Shown here: positions 1 through 8,672 of the stretch, one piece after another
How positions within the stretch are numbered: position 1 is the first letter of the stretch
How the letters are laid out: every line of letters starts with the position of its first letter
From: Candidatus Calditenuaceae archaeon
GTDB lineage: Archaea > Thermoproteota > Nitrososphaeria_A > Caldarchaeales > Calditenuaceae
Direction of reading: 5' to 3'
Length of the DNA: 32,000 bases
Assembly (NCBI GenBank): GCA_025058225.1
Contig: JANXEE010000011.1
Coordinates: 1-32,000, forward strand
Notes under the pieces: model-generated
Databases searched by the model: none
What the model was told of the DNA's origin: nothing
What the model saw: the letters and a program-made list of their open reading frames with translations, nothing else
Position numbers and translations under genes: made by a program

Positions 1-1
1 G

Positions 2-73
2 GCCCCGGTAGCTCAGCGGTAGAGCGCCGGCCTCGTAAGCCGGTGGTCGAGGGTTCGAATCCCTCCCGGGGCT
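2..73 (+). tRNA. tRNA-Thr, anticodon CGU
   Basis: Cloverleaf folded by hand. Acceptor 2-8/66-72 (GCCCCGG/CCGGGGC). D stem 11-14/22-25. Anticodon stem 27-31/39-43 with loop CUCGUAA (U33, CGU at 34-36, A37). 5-nt variable loop. T stem 49-53/61-65 with TTCGAAT loop. Discriminator T73. No intron and no encoded CCA. Confidence 0.9.
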
Positions 74-87
74 ACGGTCGGGTAGCC

Positions 88-92
88 CTTTT
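88..92 (+). terminator. oligo-T tract downstream of tRNA-Thr (archaeal-type termination signal)
   Basis: TTTTT run 15 nt after the tRNA 3' end and before the next start codon at 110. Confidence 0.35.
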
Positions 93-109
93 TACCACCG
101 TTCCAAACG

Positions 110-1096
110 ATGATGGGGTTGAATCGAGAGAAGTGCACGACCTGCGAAAGGGACGGAGTAGTAGTCGTGAGGCCCTACTCGGGTGAGCGGCTCTGCAGGT
201 CCTGCTTCCTCCAGAACTTCGAGAGGAGGGTCCAGAGGACGATAACGAGGTACGACATGCTAAAGGAGGACGACAGGATCGCGGTCGCGCTATCCGGAGG
301 TAAGGACAGCCTGACGTTGCTGAGGGTTCTGGTCAAGATCGAGAGGAGGTTCCCGAAGGCGAGCGTGGTGGCCGTCACGGTCGACGAGGGGATACCGGGG
401 TACAGGGAGGAGGCGCTCGAGAACGCGAGGAGGGCCTGTGAGGAGCTGGGGGTGGAGCAGGTGGTGATCACCTTCGAGGAGGCGTTCGGGTTCACGGTCA
501 GCGAGGCCGTTGAGAACGGGTACGCCGGGGAGCTGGGGCTAGGAGAGTGCACCGTCTGCGGCGTGCTGAGGAGGAAGGCGATCGAGCTGGGCGCGATGAG
601 GGCGGGAGCGACCGTCATAGCGACCGCCCACACTCTGGACGACATCGTCCAGACCTACGTGATGAACGCGCTGAGGGGAGACCTGAACCATCCACCCATC
701 GGACTGAGGAGGGATGGAACGGGAGCCCTTCCCCGCGTCGCGCCCCTGAGGCTCACCCCGGAGAGGGAGGTGATCCTTTACGCCTACTACACCGGTATCC
801 CCATGCAGCAGGTCGAGTGCCCGTACGCTTCGGGGTCGCAGAGGTCCCTAATCAGGTCCTTCCTCAACGAGTTCGAGGAGCGCTACCCGGGATCCCTTTA
901 CGCCGCCCTCACGAGCTTAGAGAACCTCCTGAATCGGTCACGAGGTTCCGACTTCGAGAGGGGGACGTGCAGGCTCTGCGGTCTCCCGAGCGGTCACGAC
1001 CTCTGCAGGAGCTGCGAGATCGTCTCCTCGATCGTTAACCTCAAGGCTGAGCGACTCAGGAGGGTGCCCGCAGTCCTCCAGACGGCCTTCACGTGA
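110..1096 (+). CDS. TtuA/NcsA-family tRNA 2-thiolation enzyme (PP-loop ATPase with Zn fingers)
   Basis: N-terminal CTTC...CRSC and C-terminal CRLC...CRSC zinc-finger pairs. PP-loop SGGKDS. Conserved C..C and ECPY segments. Collinear with the Pyrococcus TtuA architecture as I remember it. U54 versus U34 specificity cannot be decided from sequence. Confidence 0.85.
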   Translation: MMGLNREKCTTCERDGVVVVRPYSGERLCRSCFLQNFERRVQRTITRYDMLKEDDRIAVALSGGKDSLTLLRVLVKIERRFPKASVVAVTVDEGIPGYREEALENARRACEELGVEQVVITFEEAFGFTVSEAVENGYAGELGLGECTVCGVLRRKAIELGAMRAGATVIATAHTLDDIVQTYVMNALRGDLNHPPIGLRRDGTGALPRVAPLRLTPEREVILYAYYTGIPMQQVECPYASGSQRSLIRSFLNEFEERYPGSLYAALTSLENLLNRSRGSDFERGTCRLCGLPSGHDLCRSCEIVSSIVNLKAERLRRVPAVLQTAFT

Positions 1097-1102
1097 GGGC
1101 CG

Positions 1103-2236
1103 ATGCGCGCCGGATCGCACGACGTCGATGCCCTCATCGACGAAGTCTCGGCGAACTGCAGCTGCTCGAGAACCCATAGTGTCGGGCTGAAGGGCCTCGA
1201 GGTCGTTAACGGCCACGCCGGAGAGACCGTCCTGAGACTCATCGGGGAGAACTGTTGCGCCGAGAGGGTCGCGGTCGCGGTCGATCGGGTCACTCTGGGC
1301 GTCCTCGGTGGGGAGGTGGCCGGTGCCCTGTCCTCTTCCGGCATCGAGGTGAAGCTCGTCGAGGTCACGAGGGCCGACGAGGCCAACGTCTCGGCTGTCG
1401 AGAGGTCCCTCGTTGGCACGGAGTTCGCTGTCGCAGTGGGAGGAGGAACGGTGATTGACGTCTGCAAGCTCGCCAGCTACAGGTCCGGGAAACCCTTCGT
1501 CTCCGTGCCGACGGCCCTGTCCCATGACGGCATAGCCTCACCGGTAGCCTCGATTTGGTTGGGAGACAGGCCTTACAGGACCAGCGTCCTCGCGAGGGAA
1601 CCGATGGCGGTCGTAGCCGACATCAGCGTCCTGAGGGGCTCGCCGAGGAGGCTCGCGGCCGCGGGGATCGGAGACCTGCTGGCGAAGGTCACGGCGCTGA
1701 AGGACTGGGAGCTTGGGAGGAGCATCGCAGGTGAGGAGGTCTGCGAGGCGGCGTATCAGCTCGAGGTGATGGCGATAGAGAGAGCGCTGGAGTTCGTCAG
1801 GGGAGGGCTGCGCGAGCACGAGAAGCTCCTGGAGGGACTGGTGTTCTCTGGACTCGCGATGTCGCTGGTCAGGTCCTCGAGGCCTGCGTCCGGATCGGAG
1901 CACCTGATCTCCCACTACATCGACGGCAAAGGCAAGTCCAGGGCCCTTCACGGCGAACAGGTGGCCCTGGGGACAGTCGCGATGGCCCTCTATCACTCCG
2001 AGGTGAACGACATGTGGTGGAAGGAGGAGCGGCTGGGATGGAGGGGGATAAGAAGGGTGATGGAGGAGGCCGGGTTACCGTTCACGCTGGCCGAGATCGG
2101 GCTGAGTGAGGATGACGGCATCGGTGCGATCGTCAACGCAGCCGACATCAGGCCCGAGAGGTTCACGGTGCTCCACATGAGGAGACCCAGCGAGCGGGAG
2201 GCCATGAGCCTTCTGAGGAGGACGGGCATCTGCTGA
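1103..2236 (+). CDS. egsA: sn-glycerol-1-phosphate dehydrogenase (archaeal lipid backbone)
   Basis: GGGTVIDVCK...VSVPTALSHDGIASP, GIGDLLAK, RPASGSEHLISH, ALHGEQVALG and IRPERFTVL match G1PDH (Fe-ADH superfamily) signature blocks. Starts 7 nt after the preceding gene, so likely an operon. Confidence 0.9.
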   Translation: MRAGSHDVDALIDEVSANCSCSRTHSVGLKGLEVVNGHAGETVLRLIGENCCAERVAVAVDRVTLGVLGGEVAGALSSSGIEVKLVEVTRADEANVSAVERSLVGTEFAVAVGGGTVIDVCKLASYRSGKPFVSVPTALSHDGIASPVASIWLGDRPYRTSVLAREPMAVVADISVLRGSPRRLAAAGIGDLLAKVTALKDWELGRSIAGEEVCEAAYQLEVMAIERALEFVRGGLREHEKLLEGLVFSGLAMSLVRSSRPASGSEHLISHYIDGKGKSRALHGEQVALGTVAMALYHSEVNDMWWKEERLGWRGIRRVMEEAGLPFTLAEIGLSEDDGIGAIVNAADIRPERFTVLHMRRPSEREAMSLLRRTGIC

Positions 2237-2238
2237 GT

Positions 2239-3414
2239 TCAGGTCACCCGTACCACGCCCTCCCTCGCGAGGCGCTCGATCTCAGAACCCGAATAGCCCA
2301 GAGAGCTCAGCACGTTCGAAGTGTCCTCACCGAGCATGGGCGCTCCCTTCAGCTTCCCTATCGGTCCGAAGGGCGTCATCGGCATGGGAAGGCCACGCTC
2401 GGTATTTTCGATCAGCCTCGAGACCACGCCGCCCTTCACCGACTCGACGACCTCCAGCACCGGTGTCACGCACCTCACGCCCCTCAGTTCCTCGACCCAC
2501 TCGTCCCGGCTCTTGGACCTGAAGACCTCCGCGAGCTCGGCCACCGCCTCACCGTCGAACTGCCTGCCTATCAGGTTGGGCCTCGAGACCCTCTCGCAGA
2601 GCTCCCTCCAGAGATGGGCCTCCGCCGGCATACCTACCGTGATGAACTTACCGTCCGAGGTCCGGTAGACGTTGTAGCAGGGCCACGCTCCCCTGAGGGG
2701 ATCATCTCTGACGGTCAGTTGCCTGCCGAGGGCAAGTGCGGCGGCGAGCTGGTGGTAGAAGAACGGAAGCACCGCGGAAGACATCGTCACCTCGACGTGC
2801 ATCCCCCTGTTGGTCCTCTGACGCTCGTGAAGGGCCGCCAGAACGTTCACGACGACCGCGTAGGACGCAGCGTAGTCCGCGATCAGCAGCCCGGGGATCA
2901 CCGGACTTCCAGAGAGTTCCGACATCAGGCTGAGGGCACCGGTCATCGAGAGTACGTTGATGTCGTGGCCCGCATCGGGATCGTCGCCGTCGAAGGCCCT
3001 CACTGAACACAGGATCAGCCTGCCGTTCCTCTGGGAGAGGCTCCGGTGATCGAGGCCCAGCTTCTTGGCGGTCGAGGTGGTGTACGCTTCGACCAGCACG
3101 TCGGCCTTCTCCACCAACCTCATCAGCACCTCCCTTCCCTCAGGGCGCCTCAGGTCAACGGCGACGCTCCTTTTCCCGCGGTTGAGCCATTCGTGGAGCA
3201 AGGGCTTGCCGTTGAACGAGGGAGGGAGGGCCCTGCTCGCGGACCCGGATGGCGGCTCCACCTTGATGACCTCCGCGCCGAGCACAGCCAGCACCAGCGT
3301 CGAGAACTCCCATGGCGGGAACTGCGTCAGGTCCAGCACCACGATGTCCTTGAGTGGAACCACACCCCTCTTGGGACAGCTGGAGTTAAAGCTTGACCGG
3401 GGGCCCTCACGCAA
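2239..3414 (-). CDS. family III CoA-transferase (CaiB/BaiF/Frc type)
   Basis: N-terminal PLKDIVVLDLTQF...GAEVIKVEPP motif and length are typical of family III CoA-transferases. The true start is probably the GTG at 3363 (VVPLKD...), about 30 nt downstream of a TTTAAC-containing box on the minus strand. Confidence 0.8.
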   Translation of the reverse strand: MREGPRSSFNSSCPKRGVVPLKDIVVLDLTQFPPWEFSTLVLAVLGAEVIKVEPPSGSASRALPPSFNGKPLLHEWLNRGKRSVAVDLRRPEGREVLMRLVEKADVLVEAYTTSTAKKLGLDHRSLSQRNGRLILCSVRAFDGDDPDAGHDINVLSMTGALSLMSELSGSPVIPGLLIADYAASYAVVVNVLAALHERQRTNRGMHVEVTMSSAVLPFFYHQLAAALALGRQLTVRDDPLRGAWPCYNVYRTSDGKFITVGMPAEAHLWRELCERVSRPNLIGRQFDGEAVAELAEVFRSKSRDEWVEELRGVRCVTPVLEVVESVKGGVVSRLIENTERGLPMPMTPFGPIGKLKGAPMLGEDTSNVLSSLGYSGSEIERLAREGVVRVT

Positions 3415-3449
3415 AGGGGTAAGTCCTGGATCAGCGTAGTCCGGGTGGA

Positions 3450-4589
3450 ATGGCGCGGTGCATGACCTGCGGCGCTGCCTCGCCCCTGATATCGGGAGCT
3501 ATAGGCGTCTGCAGAGGCTGTCTGGTGGAGAGGCCCGACAGGGCTCTGGAGGTCGCCATGGAGAACCACCGACACTCCAGGGTCGAGCTAGGGCTGCCTC
3601 CGGACCCACCGAGAACACCCGGTGGGACGCCCTGCAACCTCTGTGCTGCTCGCTGCGTCATGGGTGAGGGTGAGGTCGGCTTCTGCGGGATAAGGGGCGT
3701 CAGGGGAGGGAGGACGTGGAGCCTCTCAGGGGGCGACTTCGGTCTGCTCAACTACTACCTCGATGCCCACGTGACCAACTGCTGTAACGCTTGGTTCTGC
3801 CCTGCGGGGACCGGCTGCGGTTATCCGAGGTTCGCGGTGAGAAAGGGACCGGAGGTCGGCTATTACAACTTGGCGCTCTTCTTCTATGGATGCTCCTTCA
3901 ATTGCTTGTTCTGCCAAAATTGGAATCACAAAATACTGGAACGAGGTAAGAAGGTCTCGGCCAGGGAGATCGTGGACCTGACACTCGGGAACCCCAGAGT
4001 CACGTGTTGGTGCTGGTTCGGGGGATCTGCTGAGCCACAGCTTCCCTTCGCGATCAACGCGTCGAGATTGCTCTTGGAGGAGAAGGGCACGGAGAGGGTT
4101 TGCAGGATATGCTGGGAGTGGAACGGCGACGGGAACCCAGCCCTGGTGAGGAGGGCCGCCGAGCTCTCCCTCACCTCAGGAGGTAACGTCAAGTTCGACC
4201 TGAAGGCCTTCAACCCCTCGGTTCACCTCGCCCTCACCGGAATGGACAACGAGAGGACGTTCAGGAACTTCGAGCTCGTCCACAGGGAGTTCTATGAGAG
4301 GAGGAGGGACGTGCCCGTACTGGGCGCCACCACACTGCTCGTGCCCCACTACGTCGACGAGCACGAGGTCGACCAGATCGCGAGGTTCATCGCTTCCCTG
4401 GACCCCGAGATACCGTACAGCCTCCTCGTCTTCCACCCGGACTTCAGGATGGGCGACGTCCCGGTCACACCGGAGAAGCAGGTATGGGAGTGCTACAGGG
4501 CCGCGAAGAAACACCTCAGGAACGTCAACGTCGGCAACCTTCAGCTCCTTGCGCTCTGGAGGACGGGGCCCGGCGTCAGGTTCCTGTGA
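3450..4589 (+). CDS. radical SAM enzyme, PflA/activase-like with Cys-rich N-terminal extension
   Basis: CSFNCLFCQNW is the CxxxCxxC radical-SAM cluster motif. Upstream lie CMTC...CRGC, CNLCAARC...FCG and TNCCNAWFCPAGTGC cysteine clusters. Confidence 0.8.
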   Translation: MARCMTCGAASPLISGAIGVCRGCLVERPDRALEVAMENHRHSRVELGLPPDPPRTPGGTPCNLCAARCVMGEGEVGFCGIRGVRGGRTWSLSGGDFGLLNYYLDAHVTNCCNAWFCPAGTGCGYPRFAVRKGPEVGYYNLALFFYGCSFNCLFCQNWNHKILERGKKVSAREIVDLTLGNPRVTCWCWFGGSAEPQLPFAINASRLLLEEKGTERVCRICWEWNGDGNPALVRRAAELSLTSGGNVKFDLKAFNPSVHLALTGMDNERTFRNFELVHREFYERRRDVPVLGATTLLVPHYVDEHEVDQIARFIASLDPEIPYSLLVFHPDFRMGDVPVTPEKQVWECYRAAKKHLRNVNVGNLQLLALWRTGPGVRFL

Positions 4590-4643
4590 CACCCTCTTCT
4601 GAGCGAAAACTTCTTAAGGAAGTAGACGCGAAGTCCATCAAAC

Positions 4644-4659
4644 GTAAATATCGAGATAT
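4644..4659 (+). promoter_or_regulatory. TATA-like box (GTAAATAT, 4644-4651) overlapping an inverted repeat ATATC-GA-GATAT (4648-4659)
   Basis: AT-rich box about 30 nt upstream of ATG 4678. The 5-bp inverted-repeat arms were read directly. Candidate PadR autoregulatory operator. Confidence 0.4.
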
Positions 4660-4677
4660 GTTGTGTTATATCACGAA

Positions 4678-5166
4678 ATGACTAGATGGTTCGCAGGCCC
4701 GGTTAAGGGCATCAGGTGGTTGGCGAGGGGCGACATGCGGCTGCTCGTGCTGGAGGTCCTCAGGGACGGGCCGAAGCGCGGGTACGAGGTGATGAGCGCG
4801 ATAAGGGAGAAGTTCTTCGGCATCTACTCGCCCAGCCCGGGAGCCGTGTATCCGACGCTCCAGATGCTCGAGGACGAGGGGTTGGTCGCCTCGGAGGAGG
4901 TTGAGGGCAAGCGGGTCTACAGAATCACCGGGGATGGCCTGAGGTTCTTGGAGGGGAGGCGCGACGTGCTCGACGAACTGATCGAGAGGGGAAGGAGGTA
5001 CGCGTCGACTGAGGGCATGGAGTTGATGGAGTCGGCACGTGAGCTTGCGGCGACGGTCTTCAGGGCATACGCAACGCTGCCGCCCGAGGGCCTGAATGAG
5101 GTCGCAAACGTCCTGAGGGAGGCGAGGATCAGGATTCTTTCCATCATGGGGGCATCGAGACGTTGA
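4678..5166 (+). CDS. PadR-family winged-helix transcriptional regulator
   Basis: LLVLEVLRDGPKRGYEVMSAI...SPGAVYPTLQMLEDEGLV...KRVYRITGDG is a canonical PadR wHTH. The ORF track begins at GTG 4663, but ATG 4678 fits the TATA spacing better. Confidence 0.85.
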   Translation: MTRWFAGPVKGIRWLARGDMRLLVLEVLRDGPKRGYEVMSAIREKFFGIYSPSPGAVYPTLQMLEDEGLVASEEVEGKRVYRITGDGLRFLEGRRDVLDELIERGRRYASTEGMELMESARELAATVFRAYATLPPEGLNEVANVLREARIRILSIMGASRR

Positions 5167-6158
5167 AGGCCGTTGAGTGCAGCTCGCTGAAGAAGGTCTA
5201 CGGGAACGTGGTGGCCGTCGACGGCATCTCGTTCGATGTCGAGGAGGGTGAGGTCTTCGGGCTACTGGGGCCGAACGGCGCCGGAAAGACAACAGTCATC
5301 AACGTACTCACCACGCTGATCAGGCCGACCTCGGGGGTCGCGAGGGTCTGCGGGTATGACGTCCTCACTCAGCAGGGAAGCGTCCGGAGGGTGATAGGGC
5401 TGGTGCCCCAGGACCTGACGGTCGATGACGAGCTGACAGGAATGGAGAACCTGCGGCTTCAGGCAGCTCTCTACCACATGCCCAAGGACCTTGCTAGGAA
5501 GAGGATAGAGGAGGTGCTCGAGCAGATAGACCTCAACGAGGCCATCCACAGGAAGGTCAGCACATACTCCGGTGGCATGAGGAAGAGGCTCGAACTCGCA
5601 GGCGCTCTTATACACAGACCGAAGGTGTTGTTCCTCGACGAACCGACGCTCGGACTGGACGTCCAGACCAGGACCTCCATCTGGACCTACGTCAAGAGGC
5701 TCGCGAGGGAAGAGGGAGTCACCGTGTTCATGACGACGCACTACATGGACGAGGCCGATGCCAACTGCGACCGCGTCGCGATCATCGACAGGGGCCAGAT
5801 CAAGGCGATAGACTCGCCGAGGGCCCTGAAGTCTAGGTTCGGTTACGACGCGATAGAACTGGAAGTCGTCCAGAACGGCATCGACTTGAAGGAGCTGCTC
5901 TCTAACGTCTCAGGGTTGAAGGGAATCGAGTCGTATAACTCTAGGGTGCTGATAAAGGCTGAGGGAGGTGAGGAAGTTTTGCCGGAGGTCCTGGGGAGGC
6001 TGATCTCTTCGGGCGTCACCGTCAACAGGGTCGAGATGAGGAAACCCACGCTCGACGAGGTCTTCATGAGCCTCACCGGCAGGAGGATCAGAGACGAGCA
6101 CTCCTCGAAGGAGGAGGTCCTTAAACAGCGCTTCAACATCAGGAGGTTGAGGGCATGA
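5163..6158 (+). CDS. ABC transporter ATP-binding protein (ABC-2/DrrA-like exporter ATPase)
   Basis: Walker A GPNGAGKTT, signature SGGMRKRL, Walker B LFLDEPTLGLD, H-loop TTHYM. The TTG start overlaps the padR stop. Confidence 0.9.
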   Translation: MKAVECSSLKKVYGNVVAVDGISFDVEEGEVFGLLGPNGAGKTTVINVLTTLIRPTSGVARVCGYDVLTQQGSVRRVIGLVPQDLTVDDELTGMENLRLQAALYHMPKDLARKRIEEVLEQIDLNEAIHRKVSTYSGGMRKRLELAGALIHRPKVLFLDEPTLGLDVQTRTSIWTYVKRLAREEGVTVFMTTHYMDEADANCDRVAIIDRGQIKAIDSPRALKSRFGYDAIELEVVQNGIDLKELLSNVSGLKGIESYNSRVLIKAEGGEEVLPEVLGRLISSGVTVNRVEMRKPTLDEVFMSLTGRRIRDEHSSKEEVLKQRFNIRRLRA

Positions 6159-7021
6159 TCGGAGAGGTCTCCGCTCTGATGGGAAGGGAGCTGAGGAAGC
6201 TGGTGAGGTCTCCGGCGTTACTCTTGATGACGATGATTCAGCCGGTGCTATGGATGGGCCTGTACGGCAAGGCCTTCAACCTGACCGGAATGTTCAGCAT
6301 CCCCGAGGACCTTCTCTCGAGACTTCCTCCGGACTCGCTGAGGGTAGTCAGCAGCGCCTTCAACGCAGCCCTCACCAGGTTCTTCGGATCGCCTGAAGTC
6401 GACTACTTCTCATATGTCGCCACGGGCATGGCAGGCGTCATAGTGCTGTTCGTCTCCGTATTCAGCGGCATGAGCGTCGCTTGGGACAGGAGGCTGGGGT
6501 TCATCAACAAACTGCTGGCCGCGCCCATCAGCAGGTTCTCGATAGTGCTGAGCAAGGTCCTGGCTTCAGCTGTCAGGGCCATGGTCCAGTCGGGACTCGT
6601 TGTGCTGACGGCCATCGCACTGGGATTGAGGCTCGATACCGCGGGCCCTGTAGCGGTCCTTCTCGGCTTCACGGCCCTAGCCCTGCTCTCGATAGCGCTG
6701 TCTTCACTCATAATCGCGATCACTCTCAGGCTGAAGAACTGGGAATACCACGTGGCACTCGCGAACCTTCTGAACCTGCCTCTGATGTTCACGAGCTCCG
6801 CGCTCTACCCGAGGGCGATCATTCCTGACTGGATGAGGCCCATTACCGACATCAACCCTCTGACCCACGCTATTGAGGTCCTCAGGTCATCGTTGCTCTA
6901 CGGACAGAGCTTCGATCTCATGGCCTCCCTTAATCATCTGGCATATCTCGCTGCCTTCTCGGCCCTCTGCGTGGTCGTCGGAAGCTACTTTGCCTACGGT
7001 ACTCTAAACGCAGAGAGATGA
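6155..7021 (+). CDS. ABC-2 type transporter permease
   Basis: Six-TM hydrophobic profile. 4-nt overlap with the upstream ATPase gene. Typical ABC-2 length. Confidence 0.85.
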   Translation: MIGEVSALMGRELRKLVRSPALLLMTMIQPVLWMGLYGKAFNLTGMFSIPEDLLSRLPPDSLRVVSSAFNAALTRFFGSPEVDYFSYVATGMAGVIVLFVSVFSGMSVAWDRRLGFINKLLAAPISRFSIVLSKVLASAVRAMVQSGLVVLTAIALGLRLDTAGPVAVLLGFTALALLSIALSSLIIAITLRLKNWEYHVALANLLNLPLMFTSSALYPRAIIPDWMRPITDINPLTHAIEVLRSSLLYGQSFDLMASLNHLAYLAAFSALCVVVGSYFAYGTLNAER

Positions 7022-7225
7022 GTGCTCGGAACGCTTGTTAGGAGATATGACCTATCATCGAATTTCAATCTGTAAACTATAGAAACATCCCGTGAATGAA
7101 CATTCTAATTACAGTCTATATACTATGTCTTATTGAAACAGAAATTGTATGTTTTACAATGACCGCTACGTCATTTAACTTATCACTAAGATGCGAAAAC
7201 AAGATCTCGGTATTTGGTCGCTGGT

Positions 7226-7240
7226 AAAAATTTAAATATA
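7226..7240 (+). promoter_or_regulatory. TATA-like box (AAAAATTTAAATATA)
   Basis: Lies in a 230-bp AT-rich spacer, about 23 nt upstream of ATG 7256. Confidence 0.45.
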
Positions 7241-7255
7241 TTCCGTTTCGCGCCT

Positions 7256-8392
7256 ATGACGATGACATCGCGACTGTACGTACTGCTCGCTTCGTTGCTC
7301 TTGGTCGTCATGATAACGGCGGTCTTCGTTGAATCGGTTGACGCGAATTCAAGCAGGAGGACGAGATCGACTACCCGAACGACCAGAACCACAGGGACAA
7401 CGACTACTACGACCACAACAACCACTACCTCAACATCGCAATATTCCGATACCTTCCCGGCCGTAAGCCCTGCCATACTGGGGTCCTGTCCGCCAGAAGT
7501 CCACGACAGGTACTTCGTCATCGGCCCAGACGGAAGGAAATACAGAACCTGGCATCCGGTAACCGTCCCCATAGATCCCAATAACCCAAGCAGGGGAACG
7601 TGCACCTTCGCCCATGAACACGGTGATAACCCGAGACAGGGAAGCTTCAGTGATCTGCCTGCCTTCGGTTACGCGGCTAAAATCGCGGGGATGGTCGAGG
7701 AGATTGCGGCTCACGCGGGTTTCAAGGTCTTCTACAAGCCGCGGACGGGGAACGGGTTGGGCAACAACGCCGAATGGCGTATCGTGGTCCATCAGGGGAC
7801 TGCCGGTGTCAGGAGACTCGTCCAGAGCTTCCACAGCATGCAGATCGACATAGTCGACTCTGCTGGGCGGAGAACCAGCGTCAACCTCATGGCATCCACG
7901 GGGAACCTCAACCCGAAGTGCGGCCCCCGGGTCGGAGACCGGATCGTCCCCGACGAGGAATGCGTCAGAAGGGGTCTATTCTATGAGGTGTGGTATTTCA
8001 GCGTCCGAGTCGGCACAGGTACGGTCAACGGTGCCAAGTTCTTCGCAGCACCGGGCATAGGGGTCTACAACCCGATGACCTACATGAAGGTGGGAGACCT
8101 GTCCAGCGTCTACCCGATCTGTGGGGTGGTTGAGGGCCTTCCGTTCGGTGATCCGCGGAGCTTCTTCCTCGGCAACCAGAGAGCAGTCGAACACCCCGAC
8201 TTCGGCTGGGGCAACCCAGGCCCGACTCAGTTCTGGACGGACGCCTTCGGGAACGAGGTCACCTCGAACTGTGACCCGACGCGCTGCATCAGGCAGACCG
8301 TCCCTTCGGGATACTACGCGTGGTTTGACGACGACAGCACTTTCGATTGGCCGTGGATAGACCTCCCGCTCGGTGCACCTGGAGGAAACTGA
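7256..8392 (+). CDS. secreted protein of unknown family: signal peptide, poly-Thr linker, 8-Cys domain with HEHG motif
   Basis: MTMTSRLYVLLASLLLVVMITAVFVESVDA is a Sec-type signal peptide. A T/R/S-rich linker follows, containing 11 consecutive Thr. The roughly 310-aa domain has 8 Cys and motifs WHPVT, CTFAHEHGDNP and VVHQGTAG. The ORF track starts at TTG 7214, but ATG 7256 is preferred. Confidence 0.7.
   Translation: MTMTSRLYVLLASLLLVVMITAVFVESVDANSSRRTRSTTRTTRTTGTTTTTTTTTTTSTSQYSDTFPAVSPAILGSCPPEVHDRYFVIGPDGRKYRTWHPVTVPIDPNNPSRGTCTFAHEHGDNPRQGSFSDLPAFGYAAKIAGMVEEIAAHAGFKVFYKPRTGNGLGNNAEWRIVVHQGTAGVRRLVQSFHSMQIDIVDSAGRRTSVNLMASTGNLNPKCGPRVGDRIVPDEECVRRGLFYEVWYFSVRVGTGTVNGAKFFAAPGIGVYNPMTYMKVGDLSSVYPICGVVEGLPFGDPRSFFLGNQRAVEHPDFGWGNPGPTQFWTDAFGNEVTSNCDPTRCIRQTVPSGYYAWFDDDSTFDWPWIDLPLGAPGGN
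7361..7438 (+). repeat. low-complexity ACN-codon tract encoding TRSTTRTTRTTG-T11-STS
   Basis: Read directly. 11 consecutive Thr codons at 7397-7429 using mixed ACG/ACT/ACC/ACA. Confidence 0.9.
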
Positions 8393-8672
8393 AACGCTCC
8401 TCTTTTCATTTCTAGGTCTTTAGCCATTTCGTTTCGCAGCATGTCGCCCGCTGAATTCGGTGAAGTCGCTCGTGAGTTTCCTGTCACGGAAGAGTTAGCC
8501 TACTCGCTCCGTTACCCATTGGACCGCATCGCGGCGGGTGAGCATCTCATGTCGTTCTAATCGTTTCGGTAATATGAATCCCTATAAAGTCTTATAGACA
8601 GAACAGAGACACGATACTTGACTTATAGCCTAATAGGTTTAATTGTCACGTACATAATATATCAGCTAGGGA

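Noticed and set aside
1-109. tRNA-Thr as an integration site for a mobile element
   Set aside because: No integrase was found, and I saw no direct repeat of the tRNA 3' half in the window. The flanking genes are housekeeping genes with backbone composition.
7186-7605. 139-aa minus-strand ORF containing a poly-Val run
   Set aside because: It is the antisense reading of the poly-Thr (ACN) tract, since GTN is the complement of ACN. The plus-strand gene has a signal peptide and a correctly spaced promoter.
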